64,000 nucleotides of DNA from a virus, in IMG/VR virus record IMGVR_UViG_3300020213_000001; one strand, 5' to 3'. A program made the position numbers and the translations under genes. Under the pieces are notes generated by a model, which did no database searches, was not told the DNA's origin, and saw nothing but the letters and a program-made list of their open reading frames with translations. Below, piece by piece: positions 1 to 9,859 of the stretch (position 1 is its first letter; every line of letters starts with the position of its first letter).

Positions 1-1
1 C

Positions 2-118
2 TATTGGGTGTTGCGTAAGAAATACGGAAAAGACTGGCTAAATCAAGTATGCTCTATTTATTTCTGGCAAGAAGAAACATCGCCTATTAGAGAGTTGGCT
101 AAGGGTTTAGACCTGTAG
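2..118 (+). CDS. 3' end of a gene entering the window (partial, hypothetical)
   Basis: Open frame YWVLRKKYGKDW...LDL ends in TAG at 116-118, just before the GGAG RBS of the next gene. Confidence 0.5.
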   Translation, partial: YWVLRKKYGKDWLNQVCSIYFWQEETSPIRELAKGLDL

Positions 119-135
119 ACTTCCTTGGAGTAATC

Positions 136-600
136 ATGATTGACTGGACTAATTCAGAACAAAAAATCTCTAAATACTTTAAAGTCAAGGAAGTTCTTCT
201 TCTTCCTAGTTGGGGCGTTTACCATGTTCCATCTGAACAGGAAAAAGAAGAAATTGTAAAGCTAGCCCAAATAATGGACATCATTAGAGAGAAATTTAAT
301 GCAAGCATATCGGTGCATTGCTGGATAAGACCTACATCTGCAAACTGCCCTGGATCACGGTATCACGGTAAAAACTACAACCTAGAGGTAGGAAGTACTA
401 GTACTAAGTCAGGCCATATATTCGGAATGGCGATTGATTTCCACGTAAAGGGTTACGAAGGTAAAGACGGCTGTGCTAAAGTCAGAGCAGCTTTAGAGCC
501 TATTTTAGAAAGTCTAGATATTCGTATGGAAGACATAGACGGAAGCTGGGTCCATGTTGATACAAAACCAGTGATAAGTAAGAGGTTTTTTAAGCCCTAG
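136..600 (+). CDS. Peptidase M15A-like Zn peptidase (candidate endolysin)
   Basis: Motifs WIRP, SGHIFGMAIDF (H-x6-D) and WVHVD; GGAG RBS. Confidence 0.8.
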   Translation: MIDWTNSEQKISKYFKVKEVLLLPSWGVYHVPSEQEKEEIVKLAQIMDIIREKFNASISVHCWIRPTSANCPGSRYHGKNYNLEVGSTSTKSGHIFGMAIDFHVKGYEGKDGCAKVRAALEPILESLDIRMEDIDGSWVHVDTKPVISKRFFKP

Positions 601-633
601 AGTCGCTTACAATCGCACTAATTGATATCCTAA

Positions 634-1671
634 TCATTTCCCACTATATCCAACGTATACTTCCCTATCCATCAAGTCAACAAGATTTTGAAGCATAATC
701 ACTTCATTGTTGTAGTTTTCAACACCTGTGACTGATAGGTAGGCTTTTTTAATACCCAAGGGGTGTTTTCTAAGGACACGAGCAAAAAGCTGATTGCGAT
801 TGTCTAAGTCATTGCTTTTCTTCATATCTACCAGACAAGTGATACTTTCATCTGAAAATCCCAACACTCCCTTACCGACTACAATCAACACACCAGCACT
901 AGCCTTCTTAAAGGCCTCTATTTGCTCATTAGAGGCATCGTTGTGACTAGTGCTAAGAAAGGTATGATTACCCAGCTCTAGCAGCTTATTGTTGATTTTA
1001 CGGGCTTGAGCAATCGTTTTACATGCCCACATCACCTTACGCATGTCATACCCTTGTTTTTTAGCGTGAGCATATACCGCTCCAACATCACTGTCTTCAG
1101 CCTTAACAACATCTAGGTCTACAGCACTGAACACATCGTTATCCACTAGATCAGAAGCCGCAATGAAGTAAATCCCGAATTTCTTGGTGTTTTCGTAGGA
1201 GCTATCCACTTCGTTGTTATAATTAATGAAACAAGAAGGGCTGCCTGTCATGAGTATTTGATGCTTAGGCTTATGTTTAGAGATGATTGAGTTAACCATA
1301 GGTGCAGAGTAATACTGGTGAGCCTCATCTATTACCAGAAGATCGATGGAATCAATTTTGCTAGCATTGACTGGAATGCCAACTTCAACCTGTGAGTTAG
1401 ATGCGAATAAACCGAATGTGAAGTTTGGCTTAACATGAGCGTTGGTGAAGTTTTCAATCAACTGAGACTTAAGACAGGTTTGATTGTGAGCTAGAACTTT
1501 ACACTTAGCATTTGGGAAAAGCTTAAAAAAATCATTCAGGATCAGGATCAGGATAGTACTTTTACCACTACCCGGGCACGCTCCAAGAACAGCGGCTTCG
1601 TACTTATTTGAAAGCGCCATGCTAAGAGTGGCTTTTGCGGCTTTAATCTGGAAGTCATAGTTACCTTTCAT
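634..1671 (-). CDS. Superfamily 2 DExH helicase/ATPase
   Basis: Walker A PGSGKST, Walker B LVIDEAH, motif III MTGSP, motif VI QLFARVLR. Confidence 0.8.
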   Translation of the reverse strand: MKGNYDFQIKAAKATLSMALSNKYEAAVLGACPGSGKSTILILILNDFFKLFPNAKCKVLAHNQTCLKSQLIENFTNAHVKPNFTFGLFASNSQVEVGIPVNASKIDSIDLLVIDEAHQYYSAPMVNSIISKHKPKHQILMTGSPSCFINYNNEVDSSYENTKKFGIYFIAASDLVDNDVFSAVDLDVVKAEDSDVGAVYAHAKKQGYDMRKVMWACKTIAQARKINNKLLELGNHTFLSTSHNDASNEQIEAFKKASAGVLIVVGKGVLGFSDESITCLVDMKKSNDLDNRNQLFARVLRKHPLGIKKAYLSVTGVENYNNEVIMLQNLVDLMDREVYVGYSGK

Positions 1672-1745
1672 GTTATTATAATAGCACGATTTTACAGATA
1701 GTGGTATCTGTATTTGTAACTACTACTTAGCGTAAGTAGTTGTAT

Positions 1746-2567
1746 TCATACATTTTTTTTGTTTTTCTTGCTGCGGCTTATTTTAGCTGGGACATTGGGA
1801 AGTCCGTATTTTCCACGCTGTTCTTCAAACCCGTCGTAGTCTGGAGAAATATAGCTTATCTTACCATCAACATGTCCGAAACCCTTAGCTAAGTACGTGA
1901 TACGACAGCGGCAATTAATATGGAGTCCACATAGACTTGGAAACTGTCCACCTGGAGTGTAATAGGAAGACGTAATTTCGGATAGTTTCCAGTACCTAGG
2001 TGTTATCCTGTCCGGCAGCGTATGCAGGATGTATTCATAAGGTCCTGTAACCTCGTCGTGTACAACAATGAAAAACACCGTTGGGTCATTGTTTCCTGCC
2101 ACTTTTCCAATTTTAGAGATATTAAGGGCGGTACCTGTGTTTCCAGAGCGTTGTGACTCTGCATTTGCTATCAATCTTACGTGATTGTTGGATAAATCCA
2201 ACTCCTTTTGTACGATTTCCTTAATATCACTAGCTTTTAGTGACTTGTTCCCCATCACTAGCTCCTGAGAGTGAGCAGTTACTTCGTTTACAACTCTAGC
2301 TACGGTTTTAGTTTTAATAGCTTCCATGTAACTATTGGCTACATTCAAAAGCCCTTTAAGAACTTCTTCTTCGTCTCTGTCAGCCTTGCGATCACCCAAG
2401 GCTTGAAAAAAAAGAGAGGTTAAGCTGTTTTTGTTGCTTGAAATAGTTAGTTTTTTGTCTTTAGATATTTTAGGGATAATCCCTAGAAAATCCATAGTAA
2501 CGCTATCAAATTTAGCGCCCACTAGCTGAGCTATTTTTTGAATAAGGTCGAAGGAGATGTTTCTCAT
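1746..2567 (-). CDS. Head morphogenesis protein (Mu gpF/SPP1 gp7-like)
   Basis: C-terminal LHINCRC motif; lies downstream of portal. Confidence 0.7.
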   Translation of the reverse strand: MRNISFDLIQKIAQLVGAKFDSVTMDFLGIIPKISKDKKLTISSNKNSLTSLFFQALGDRKADRDEEEVLKGLLNVANSYMEAIKTKTVARVVNEVTAHSQELVMGNKSLKASDIKEIVQKELDLSNNHVRLIANAESQRSGNTGTALNISKIGKVAGNNDPTVFFIVVHDEVTGPYEYILHTLPDRITPRYWKLSEITSSYYTPGGQFPSLCGLHINCRCRITYLAKGFGHVDGKISYISPDYDGFEEQRGKYGLPNVPAKISRSKKNKKNV

Positions 2568-3145
2568 TATTTGATTTCAATATTAAGACCAGAATCTTCA
2601 ATCAACTTGTCAATACCGGAGCCAGCACTTGAGGACTCTTTAGCCCATTTATCAAGAATACTATTTACTAATGTTTTCTGAGCAGAGATAACCTTTGTGG
2701 AATTGTCTTTAAACGCTCTTTCTTTTTGAGTTTTGCGCAAAATAGCAATTGCCTCTACTGCTTTACGCATATCAATAACCGAAGGCTTTTCGCCTTTTTG
2801 AACTAAGCTGGCTAGTTCATTAATATGCTGATCAAGTTCGCTCTGACCTTCTTCCGTAGGCATTTCTTCGCCGGACATTTCCTGCCCTTCTTCCATAGGA
2901 GCGCCCTGAGCATTTGGATCTTGAGCATTTGGATCTTGACTAGGATCAATAGGTTGACCGTTTTCGTCAACCTGCTGTCCCATCATGGCAGCTTCCTGTG
3001 CGGCTTGCTGCTGCATTTGCTGCTGCATTTGCTGCATTTGAGAGTCTTTCATTCCCTGCTCATAGCCCAAACGGAATGCAACGTCTTTTACTTCAAGAAA
3101 TTGACCACGAATGTCCATGTACTTTTTTTTCCAATCCGCTGACAT
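2567..3145 (-). CDS. Hypothetical head-region protein with Gln-rich/acidic linker
   Basis: ORF with GGAG RBS between portal and gpF-like gene; QMQQQ and DPNAQ repeats. Confidence 0.6.
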   Translation of the reverse strand: MSADWKKKYMDIRGQFLEVKDVAFRLGYEQGMKDSQMQQMQQQMQQQAAQEAAMMGQQVDENGQPIDPSQDPNAQDPNAQGAPMEEGQEMSGEEMPTEEGQSELDQHINELASLVQKGEKPSVIDMRKAVEAIAILRKTQKERAFKDNSTKVISAQKTLVNSILDKWAKESSSAGSGIDKLIEDSGLNIEIK

Positions 3146-3160
3146 ATTAGCTCCTATTTA

Positions 3161-4924
3161 TTAATTTTCTGTATCGTCCATCATATCTTTTATTAACATA
3201 TCCAAAATCTCCATAGCGTCTGGACGAGTAGCATAGTAAGCTGCGACAGCCGCTGGATTATACTGAGTCAGAGCTTGCATGTTTGTACTCCAGAACTGAT
3301 CACGCCTATATCTTAGGGTAGGATCAACACCGGCGGCTGGAGATTCATTGAAAGTATGAATAATATCAGAAACATTGTTGTAAGCGTCTAACGTTTGTCT
3401 ATATCCGGGGTTAAGTGGGATTTTAGGAGACAGACCTGGAGAAATCGGATCTTTTTGAACTTCACTAAGAACATCTGCATAGCTCATGTGTATGCTCATT
3501 TCTGAAGTAATTCGTTGTGATTCCTTTTCTCTGCTTTCGGCATCTAATCCAGACAGCGTAATTTCGCAAATTTCTGCCAATTCTGGGTCGATGAGTGGAA
3601 GGATTTTGTAGTTAAGGAATGTTTGCCAATGATTAATAAGGGGTTTTAGGGAAATATCACGGGCGGCGGTTAGTTTCCATTCATTGTTACTCTCAGACAT
3701 TGACTGATTGTTTGTACCCTTGGATAAGTGTGCAAATCCAGGCAACTCGTCTGGAGACATGCCGAATGCTGAAAGGATATTTCTTGTAGTTTGATCAAAT
3801 AGATATTCAAACTCTCCGTCTTTCTTGTTGGGAGTAGTTTGTATCCATTCAACGTTCTCTTCTTTTCCTACGCCAAAGATAGGTGTTCTGAAAGAATTGT
3901 CTACGTTGTTAATGCTTGCTTGAAAATTCTGCTTAATATCTTCAATATCTTCCTTATTGATATCGTCAGACTTAATAACAAGCATACCCTTGGCTGCCTT
4001 GCCGTTCTGAAAGTAAAGCTTATTGTAAACTTCAATAGAACTGTGAGTAGTAACGGCTGTGATAATAGTGTCTAGCGGAGTGACTGGGTAGCCGTTATGC
4101 TCAATATCTGTGCTTGGGTATAGATTGTGAACTACCATCTCATCAGGTGAAAATGCCTGTGTTGGAATTCCTTCAATAACCTGTACCCAGTCATACTGGT
4201 CTTTTTCAATCATTTCAGGATTAATCTTTACACCAGTTAGGTTTTGCAACAGTGCTATTGAGCCTCTTCTGATACTGGTATGAGCGTCACTGCTTTTTAC
4301 AGCGTGATAGATTGTTCCCGCATCTACAGGGCGAAACCTGTTAAATACTTTATTTTCTGTATCTGAATAGATGATCTCTGTAGAGAACTGACCAAAACTA
4401 AGACCGTTTATAGTTTGCGAATAGAAGAATTCAGAAAGAGTCATCTTCTCTTTCTCTCCGAGTCCTTCTGTAAGTCCGCAATTCAAGAGAATTTTATTAG
4501 CTCTATCAATTCTTTCTTGAATCTTAATCATCTGTTCTGGTTCAACTATCTTTTTAAACTCTTCCCTCAAAACAGTTCTAATACCTACATCAAACCTATC
4601 CGCTTGGATTTTACCAAACATGCTCATTACGTTTCCGCGAGCGCGCATGATACCTGCGATTAACAGGTTACCAACCCTGATTTGCTTGATAACATAGGGA
4701 GGAAGTAGCCTGCGCCTTATCTTATAAACACCAGCATAACTATCGTTTTGCCTAGGGTTTTCTGTAACCGATAGCCTTGGAACTTTACGGCTTTTGTTGG
4801 CAGACCCCATTGCGTTTTTTATAAGGTCGTTATAAAAAGCAGGAGACTGAGCAATGGGCATATTCATAGTATCAGCACTATTAAATATGATTGGTTTTCT
4901 TACTGTTTTAGTTTCGTCAGTCAT
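3161..4924 (-). CDS. Portal protein
   Basis: 587 aa; YFQNGKAAKGML and ILSAFGMSPDEL portal-like motifs; near terminase. Confidence 0.8.
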   Translation of the reverse strand: MTDETKTVRKPIIFNSADTMNMPIAQSPAFYNDLIKNAMGSANKSRKVPRLSVTENPRQNDSYAGVYKIRRRLLPPYVIKQIRVGNLLIAGIMRARGNVMSMFGKIQADRFDVGIRTVLREEFKKIVEPEQMIKIQERIDRANKILLNCGLTEGLGEKEKMTLSEFFYSQTINGLSFGQFSTEIIYSDTENKVFNRFRPVDAGTIYHAVKSSDAHTSIRRGSIALLQNLTGVKINPEMIEKDQYDWVQVIEGIPTQAFSPDEMVVHNLYPSTDIEHNGYPVTPLDTIITAVTTHSSIEVYNKLYFQNGKAAKGMLVIKSDDINKEDIEDIKQNFQASINNVDNSFRTPIFGVGKEENVEWIQTTPNKKDGEFEYLFDQTTRNILSAFGMSPDELPGFAHLSKGTNNQSMSESNNEWKLTAARDISLKPLINHWQTFLNYKILPLIDPELAEICEITLSGLDAESREKESQRITSEMSIHMSYADVLSEVQKDPISPGLSPKIPLNPGYRQTLDAYNNVSDIIHTFNESPAAGVDPTLRYRRDQFWSTNMQALTQYNPAAVAAYYATRPDAMEILDMLIKDMMDDTEN

Positions 4925-4927
4925 ATT

Positions 4928-5872
4928 TTACTCTGCGCTTGTATAAAATACAGATGCTACGTCTGTAGATTTATTAGTAATACTGGCACTAAAGGTTTCG
5001 CCGCTTTTTAGGAAAACACCCTTTTTTGCCTTAATACCGGCGCGCATTGGGTTAATTTCAATAGCGGCAGTTCCATTAAGGACTAGTTCTAGTTTTTTAT
5101 CCGATTCAATATAGAGGAAGTTCTTTGAATTGTTATAAATGTAAAGACGTGTTTGAATATTTGTTTCTTCAGGTAGGGAGTTGATGCTATACACTTCCAA
5201 ATACTCTGGGTTTACATCGGTAATTTCATAAGTATTAAAAGTAACGGAACTAAAACCGCTTGTAATTTTAACCTTATCGCCAATCTGAACACCGGCAGAC
5301 CCAAAGTTTTGCAAATCAGTGGCAAAATCTGCACCAAGAACAACAACTTCTTCAGCACCGGCTAAGTTTTTAACTTGAAAGCTAGTAGCGTTGAAGGCTA
5401 AAACAGTGAATCGACCCTGATTAGCCGTGTTAAACCCCTCACCAAGCCTGACATCGTCTCCTACTAGCATACCGTTGCTGATTAGGTCTAGAGCTGTTCC
5501 AGCAGTGCTAGTAAAGGTCAAAATAGGCCCGTTCTTGGTTACTGTTATCTCTGTAGTGGCATCAGCGCCTGGGAAATTAGCACTTCTAAAATCAGGAGCG
5601 GTACCGGAATTGTTTTTGATAATATAGGTGCTTGAGGTATTGGGTTTTAGCGATATATCGTAAGTAGTTGTATTGTCGTCGGAGATTGCAATAACACCAC
5701 TAAAAAGCTCTAGAGTCTGTCCCGCTTGTAATTTCAGCAACTTAGAGTAAATTTCACTAGCATCTAAAGCTTGCTCGTCGTGCGTCCATCGTGATACATT
5801 CTTTGTACTGCTATTTGTGGGACTAACGTCATCATATCCTGAAATATGGACGAGTAGGTTGATTTTGCTCAT
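4928..5872 (-). CDS. Putative virion structural protein (beta-rich)
   Basis: T/S/G-rich ORF between terminase and portal; ATG 5872 has a GGAGA RBS. Confidence 0.55.
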   Translation of the reverse strand: MSKINLLVHISGYDDVSPTNSSTKNVSRWTHDEQALDASEIYSKLLKLQAGQTLELFSGVIAISDDNTTTYDISLKPNTSSTYIIKNNSGTAPDFRSANFPGADATTEITVTKNGPILTFTSTAGTALDLISNGMLVGDDVRLGEGFNTANQGRFTVLAFNATSFQVKNLAGAEEVVVLGADFATDLQNFGSAGVQIGDKVKITSGFSSVTFNTYEITDVNPEYLEVYSINSLPEETNIQTRLYIYNNSKNFLYIESDKKLELVLNGTAAIEINPMRAGIKAKKGVFLKSGETFSASITNKSTDVASVFYTSAE

Positions 5873-5977
5873 TATTTTCTCCAAGATTATCTATAATACC
5901 ATTAAAAGATTGCAGTTTTTCCCCATTTAAGCAGCAAGTATGGTATTTTATAACCGTTTGTTGTAAAAACAGCTTTT

Positions 5978-7852
5978 TTACCACACAATCTGGCGTTTTG
6001 GAATAATAGCATCTGTTTTTGGCTTACCCTTGTCGTCAGACGCAAGATTGGTGATAATCCTTTCCATGGCTTGTTTGGTAGCAGCAAGAACTGTTTCTTG
6101 AGGAGCAAGCTCTTTTACGATAAGGGGTTTACGGCTAGTGTCGATCTGACCCGCAGTAGATAGCATGATTTTTTTATTAGAACCAAAAATTTGACTAATA
6201 GGGTATCTTAGAGAGTCCATTTGGTCGCTTATTGCAGTCCCGTCTTTATCGTGATAAGGGACTTCCGTTGGATCTCCCTTGGCATCAAGCTTCCACCTAT
6301 ATACTCCAAATGCATCAATAAATTTCTGAGTTTCTGGCCTTTTTACAATGAATAGGCGGCGCTTACTAGATGAGTCTATTATTGCAGATTGAACAGAGGC
6401 AATCCCTTCTTTTACATCTTTAACGAAATCAGGAACTTGCAGTCCACCTTTTTTTAAACTCTTTACCAAGTCAGGTCTGTTTTGATCTACATACCACTTA
6501 GACATATTCCATTTTTGTTGAAAATCATTACAAACTTTGATAACATCACTTGTTTCAAGTTCATTTTCCAGAAAACAATCAAGCACCCAAAACTCTCCAT
6601 TGGGCATAATAGCTATAGCCAACAAAGATGTGAAGTCGGTAAAACCCCAATCTGCTCCACCAATAATGCTGACGCCTAGAGTGTTAAGGTAGTCTTTTAG
6701 GTATTCAAAGGAGACGCTGATTGGCCTATCACCTGTGATTTTTTCAATCGCCTGCTCTGGTGTAAGCGTATTTAGGCTTACTTCAAAACGAGGATAAACC
6801 AACCCCGAGGTTGATGGTTTTTCACATAGTAACTGTGCTGTAGCAGTTGGTGTGTCAATCTTTCTAAATAAGTTACGTACTTGCTTTACGGTTTTATAAA
6901 GACCACCAACATCATCTTCTGGCCTATCTACAAGCATATTTTTCATAACAGGTAGTAGTGGGTGTTCGGCGATACCAGCATATGCGTTAAACTGCTCGTA
7001 TCTGTTTTTTTCTTTATCCGTTAGTGTTTCAAACTCTTCTGGAGATAGATTCGACATTGGTAGTTGAGTGGTGATATAGCGCAAAACCTTAGGCTCACTA
7101 ATTAAAGCCTCTTCGTTGGGGATTTTTTGGGTTATATCAATAATATTCCAACGTAAAACCTTTCCTCCAGATTTTTCCACTGCCTTTAGGGTTTTCTCCA
7201 TAAGGCCACCTGAGAATTTCCTGGTACTTAAATAAACTGTAAGTGGCTGATACCTCTTATAGCTAGAGGGAATCATTTTAGCTTCCTCTAGTGCTTTTGG
7301 GTTTGCAATAACATCAATTTCATCACAAAACAACATCGGTGTGTGCTCAGAGTTAGCTCCAGCGACGGTAGCGATTACAACCTTAATGTAAATCTCCTCA
7401 CCCTCATCTGTAAGCCATGAGATGTGTCTAGTGTTCTCTGTGCTTTGTTTCCATCCATGAGCCTTTAGATATGGTGTGATTTTACGAAAAAAGTTAGACA
7501 AGTAACTTACTGATTTAGCTGATTGTGAGCTAATTGCTGATAGAATACAGGCACTTAATCTAAGGTGAATTAAACATATAACCGCCGCCGCCGCTGCTGC
7601 TAGTGACTTACCAGAGTCACGGCTAGATAGCATGACTATTTCAGGACAATCTACGCTTTCTCCAGTCAACATTAGTCGGTAAATTTCATATATAGCGTCA
7701 CAGGGGCCGTGCGTAGACTCTGGGCAGACTACACCGGCTGGAAAACGGATATCAAAATACACATCAAGCCAATCCTGCATTTCTTCTACAGAATTTAGTT
7801 TTTTAAATATGTTTTCCGTTTTTATTTTTTCAATTTGCTCTTCTTCGGTCAT
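5978..7852 (-). CDS. terL: Terminase large subunit
   Basis: Walker A SRDSGKS, Walker B LFCDEID, nuclease motifs GADWGFTD and DQMDSLRY. Confidence 0.85.
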   Translation of the reverse strand: MTEEEQIEKIKTENIFKKLNSVEEMQDWLDVYFDIRFPAGVVCPESTHGPCDAIYEIYRLMLTGESVDCPEIVMLSSRDSGKSLAAAAAAVICLIHLRLSACILSAISSQSAKSVSYLSNFFRKITPYLKAHGWKQSTENTRHISWLTDEGEEIYIKVVIATVAGANSEHTPMLFCDEIDVIANPKALEEAKMIPSSYKRYQPLTVYLSTRKFSGGLMEKTLKAVEKSGGKVLRWNIIDITQKIPNEEALISEPKVLRYITTQLPMSNLSPEEFETLTDKEKNRYEQFNAYAGIAEHPLLPVMKNMLVDRPEDDVGGLYKTVKQVRNLFRKIDTPTATAQLLCEKPSTSGLVYPRFEVSLNTLTPEQAIEKITGDRPISVSFEYLKDYLNTLGVSIIGGADWGFTDFTSLLAIAIMPNGEFWVLDCFLENELETSDVIKVCNDFQQKWNMSKWYVDQNRPDLVKSLKKGGLQVPDFVKDVKEGIASVQSAIIDSSSKRRLFIVKRPETQKFIDAFGVYRWKLDAKGDPTEVPYHDKDGTAISDQMDSLRYPISQIFGSNKKIMLSTAGQIDTSRKPLIVKELAPQETVLAATKQAMERIITNLASDDKGKPKTDAIIPKRQIVW

Positions 7853-7893
7853 CTTCTATAATCCACGTATTTATCTCAAGAACTTAGACATGA

Positions 7894-9636
7894 TTACTTT
7901 TTACCTACACTTTCAATACTTCTGTTGAAATCATTATTATCATAGGTATCCTGCCTCTCTAGTTGGTTATCCCTGGGATAGGCTACGATACCACCCAAAG
8001 TACCCATTACAGACGAAATACTAACGGCGTTGATTAGTGCCTGCTTTACTGCTTCTGTAGCATCAAAAACATCTGTTTCCTTGATTTTATCATATTGGTT
8101 ATTTTCAATGTCATAAACCAATTTAGGGTCGTCAATCAATGTCTGCAGTACTTTCTTAATCTCATCTCCATTGTGGCCTGAGTTATCCAAAAGCCTATAG
8201 ATGGGAGAAAACAGGCTTGGTACTATTACTTCTTTAATGATAGAGCTATCTTCTTTCTGAAGTTCTAGAGCAAGATTGATTAAAACCCTACCTCCACCCG
8301 GTAAACACCCGCTTTTAATAGTAGCCCTAACGGCGCAAACAGCATCTTCAGCCCTGTCAGCCTTCTCTTTAAGCTCTCCATCACTAGATCCATAAACCTT
8401 AAGCTGTGCAATTCCAGAGGTTAGAATACCAAGACTCTCTTCTAGTAGAGATTTTTCTAGCTTACTTTCAGACTGTTCAATTCTAGCCTTAAGTTCATCA
8501 GCCCTAACCTCTACATTAGTTGAGTCTGGATTACCTACAATTGTAGTCCTGAAGCGATAGATGTCAATCTTTTCAGCGCCAGAGCCTAGGTCTTCTATTT
8601 TAAGTTCCGAAAGAGGATTTTGCATATCGAAAATCTTAGCACCCGTAAACGCCGAAACATCCATTAGAAAATTTAACTCTGAGTTAATCAAGGCGTTGAT
8701 TGGAACACGAACTGGAACTGCTTTAACTGCAGATTCGGCATTAGAGAAGTTAAAGGTTAGAAAGTTAAGAACATTTTCTGTAAAGGCATGGGCGAAAATA
8801 ACAACGTTTCCGTTTTCAAGTTGTTTGTCATTGAACTTATAACCAACAAACCTAAGAGCATCTACAATTTGACTAGGATCTGACAATCGCCCATCAAACA
8901 ACACATAGTGGGGTTTTTCTAGAGAACAACGTTGATAGCCCTGATCGTTTATGAAGGAGGCGTGGAATTTACCACAAGACTCCTCATAACCACGGTTTAC
9001 TGGAAACCCTTCGACCAGAGAGGTTTCATATTTATCAGACATACCCGATAGCTCTTGAATTGTAACGTGTGATGATCCAGAAAAACCAGTGATTTCAAAG
9101 GCTTTCATAACTGCCTCTGACATAAGGGTGTCTCCGTTTGCAGATACCCTAGCAACCTTTTCCAGCAAGTCTTGATTTTTAACGCCTACTTTGATAGAAG
9201 ATTTTTCAATAAATGGTAGCATCTTATCATTTAAGAGCCTGGTGATGGTTCTAGCCACTTTCTGTGGGCTATTTTTGGGATATTTTTTGCAGTAAGCAAA
9301 TAGGTTTTGGATAAAGCTGCTTAGCAGGATAGAACAAGTGGTAGTTCCATCTCCAGCCTCTCCAGCTACTTTGATTGCAGAGCCCATTAGTTGATTAAGT
9401 ATAAGATGCTCATAGGCATCAAAAGCGCCTAATGATTTGAAAACTGTCATCCCGTCCTTAGTGTTAGAACTGGGAATATTGGGTAGATCACTTTCAATAA
9501 GTACACACTTGCCGCCAGGACCTAGTGTAGATCCTACAATTTCGCTAACTCTTTTTGTAACCCTCAAAATCAAGCTTTCTAAGAATTCCGGGTCTGAAGA
9601 GAATATTTTAGGTGAAGTTTTTACTTTACGGGTCAT
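7894..9636 (-). CDS. groEL: Phage GroEL-like chaperonin
   Basis: STLGPGG, TKDGMTV, AGDGTTT, EDAVCAVRA, LPGGG chaperonin motifs; 580 aa; no GGM tail. Confidence 0.9.
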   Translation of the reverse strand: MTRKVKTSPKIFSSDPEFLESLILRVTKRVSEIVGSTLGPGGKCVLIESDLPNIPSSNTKDGMTVFKSLGAFDAYEHLILNQLMGSAIKVAGEAGDGTTTCSILLSSFIQNLFAYCKKYPKNSPQKVARTITRLLNDKMLPFIEKSSIKVGVKNQDLLEKVARVSANGDTLMSEAVMKAFEITGFSGSSHVTIQELSGMSDKYETSLVEGFPVNRGYEESCGKFHASFINDQGYQRCSLEKPHYVLFDGRLSDPSQIVDALRFVGYKFNDKQLENGNVVIFAHAFTENVLNFLTFNFSNAESAVKAVPVRVPINALINSELNFLMDVSAFTGAKIFDMQNPLSELKIEDLGSGAEKIDIYRFRTTIVGNPDSTNVEVRADELKARIEQSESKLEKSLLEESLGILTSGIAQLKVYGSSDGELKEKADRAEDAVCAVRATIKSGCLPGGGRVLINLALELQKEDSSIIKEVIVPSLFSPIYRLLDNSGHNGDEIKKVLQTLIDDPKLVYDIENNQYDKIKETDVFDATEAVKQALINAVSISSVMGTLGGIVAYPRDNQLERQDTYDNNDFNRSIESVGKK

Positions 9637-9672
9637 GGTTTCTCCTGATATATTACCTATAATACCACGTTA

Positions 9673-9843
9673 TTACTCCAGCTCCCGTGATTTCTTGTTA
9701 AAACACTCTTCACAATATGTAGTATCCCTACTACCTTCTTCTCTTTTTTTGGGATTTGGGTCGTATTTGCTAAAGAGACATAGCTCCTCATGTTTACTTG
9801 CTTTGTATTTAGGACAGGTGCAGCATTCCCATTCAGTCGTCAC
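9673..9843 (-). CDS. Small Cys-rich (zinc-ribbon-like) protein, 56 aa, absent from the ORF track
   Basis: GTG start after GGAGG; MTTEWECCTCPK...YCEECFNKKSRELE with two CxxC pairs; fills the gap between the ATPase and GroEL genes. Confidence 0.6.
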   Translation of the reverse strand: MTTEWECCTCPKYKASKHEELCLFSKYDPNPKKREEGSRDTTYCEECFNKKSRELE

Positions 9844-9859
9844 GTATATCCTCCATATA

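Noticed and set aside
7894-9636. Host chromosomal groEL indicating a prophage boundary or contamination
   Set aside because: Very divergent, no groES upstream, no GGM tail, embedded between terminase and capsid genes
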